Shown in pieces: positions 7,067 through 8,557 of a stretch of 8,557 nt of DNA (the first letter of the stretch is position 1; each line of letters begins with the position of its first letter). The stretch spans positions 1 to 8,557 of the forward strand of contig NW_021828428.1 in NCBI RefSeq assembly GCF_006345805.1. The letters are read 5' to 3'. The notes under the pieces are model-generated. The model made no database searches, was not told the origin of the DNA, and saw only the letters and a list, made by a program, of their open reading frames with translations. A program made the position numbers and the translations under genes. The DNA comes from Octopus sinensis. Its lineage: Eukaryota.

Positions 7067-7160
7067 GCAATGGCTGAATCGTTAAAAAGTTCGAAATGCA
7101 ACAACATTGTTTCGGGTTCAATTTTCCTGCGAGGCACTTTAATGTCGGGTCGACCCAAGT
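7067..7160 (+). mobile_element. Fragment of a third tRNA-derived SINE
   Basis: TGGCTGAATCGTTA (A-box-like), CGGGTTCAATT (B-box-like), CTGCGAGGCACTTT..TCGGGTCGACCCAAG; recognised from memory only. Confidence 0.4.
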
Positions 7161-7288
7161 AATTTATTTATTATTAAATATAATAATACAAATTATCTTT
7201 ACATGTTTTAAGTTACGAAACAATTTCTCTTGATATTTGAATTTTCTTACTGTTAAATAAATTTCCCTCATACTATTTCTCTGTCATT

Positions 7289-7318
7289 TATATATATATA
7301 TACATATGTGTGTGTGTC

Positions 7319-7361
<43 letters not shown>
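7289..7361. repeat. (TA)n-(TG)n-(TA)n compound microsatellite
   Basis: Direct reading. Confidence 0.96.
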
Positions 7362-7476
7362 GAGCAAAACGCCTCCCCCGTCCAATGGACGGTGCTGAGT
7401 TGTCAAACATTTAAACCAAATTTTCTCAAAACAACTTGTCCAACCGCCCCATAGGCCTCCCCTTTGAGAAACACTG
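7362..7476. mobile_element. Possible terminal fragment of a hAT/Charlie-type MITE
   Basis: Ends in TTTGAGAAACACTG (reverse complement CAGTGTTTCTCAAA), a Charlie-like TIR preceded by a C-rich subterminal stretch; no partner TIR seen. Confidence 0.4.
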
Positions 7477-7619
7477 ATTTAACCTAAATTTGAGACACCA
7501 AAAAAAGAAGAAATAAAGATAGACTTTTTTTTCTATTCCAAAGAAAAACGATTTTATTCAGACAAATATGCAACCGAAGAGTTCAAAGTACCAGTAAGTA
7601 CACCGCAACAGCTGATGTA

Positions 7620-7815
7620 CTTGCGCGTACAAATGCACGTTCCCACGGCTTTATCGATCGCATTCTCACCTGGAATCGATTTTTGTAATGTTTTCAAGAC
7701 TTATACACGCCATGATACCGTCGGTATCTACATATCAAATTTGAGCGGAATCGGAGGGAGGATGCCCGAGATCCTAGAAGACACACAGACAGACAGAACG
7801 GATTATATTTAAAAG
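7620..7815 (+). mobile_element. Possible non-autonomous rolling-circle (HINE/DINE-1/Lep1-like) element 3' portion
   Basis: CAAATTTGAGCGGAATCGG..CCCGAGATC..ACACACAGACAGACAGAACGGATTATATTTAAAAG follows the architecture of such elements: CAAATTT..ATCGG, then an (ACAG)n microsatellite, then an AT-rich terminus. The 5' boundary is uncertain. Confidence 0.4.
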
Positions 7816-7874
7816 AAATATATATGAGTGCGTGCGCGCGTGTAAGATATTAGAGGTTGAAGAATATGTATAAT
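7757..7874 (+). repeat. 118-bp dispersed direct repeat, copy 2 (pairs with 5020-5139)
   Basis: See copy 1. Confidence 0.95.
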
Positions 7875-7881
7875 ATGTACT

Positions 7882-8154
<273 letters not shown>

Positions 8155-8247
8155 TTTATGTATATAGTTACATAAATGCATAAATGGGTGATGGAAAGAG
8201 GTAGGAGTGAAGAGGGAGTAGAACACTCTTCGTTCAATCCAGACCAC

Positions 8248-8336
8248 AAATAAATAAATAAATAAACAAATAAATAAATAAAAAAATCGAAAAATACAAA
8301 AAGCCAACAACTTTAAACAACAACAGCAACAACAAC
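8248..8336. repeat. (AAAT)n (8248-8280) and (AAC)n (8316-8336) microsatellites
   Basis: Direct reading. Confidence 0.9.
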
Positions 8337-8506
8337 TGCAAGAACAAATAATTAAATATTAAAATCTCCAGAACCTTCGTGAACCGTGTTACAATAAAAA
8401 CAACAAAGCCGTCAAGCTGTTCACAGCTTCCATTTTGATGACACTTGCTCTTCTGTCCCCAAGTCTATCCCTTCCTTTCTTTACACCATCACCATCACTA
8501 CAATAG

Positions 8507-8532
8507 TCTCTCTCTCTCTCTCTCTCTCTCTC
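8507..8532. repeat. (TC)13 microsatellite
   Basis: Direct reading. Confidence 0.95.
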
Positions 8533-8557
8533 ACGCGCTCTCTCTGTGTCTCACTAT

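Noticed and set aside
5020-7874. TRIM or LTR element bounded by the 120-bp repeats
   Set aside because: No TG..CA termini, PBS, PPT or TSD seen.

Overview
AT-rich eukaryotic intronic or intergenic DNA packed with microsatellites and repeats. I recognise the SINE families from memory as typical of cephalopods (probably Octopus); this was not database-checked. No intact protein-coding gene is supported: the listed ORFs come from microsatellites, SINEs or chance, except one that is part of a decayed transposase. Contents: about 9 copies or fragments of a tRNA-headed SINE (family A, Meta-domain-like core, two different tails), one of them full-length with a 17-bp TSD; 3 copies of a second tRNA SINE (family B) and a fragment of a third; an internally deleted Tc1/mariner transposase pseudogene on the minus strand; an orphan hAT-like end; and a 120-bp dispersed direct repeat with a Helitron/HINE-like end. 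The most interesting signal is a minimal type I hammerhead-ribozyme motif of the Penelope-associated kind on the minus strand at about 4240-4272, directly downstream of a strong 3' splice site. I see no convincing evidence of a wholly new multi-gene system.
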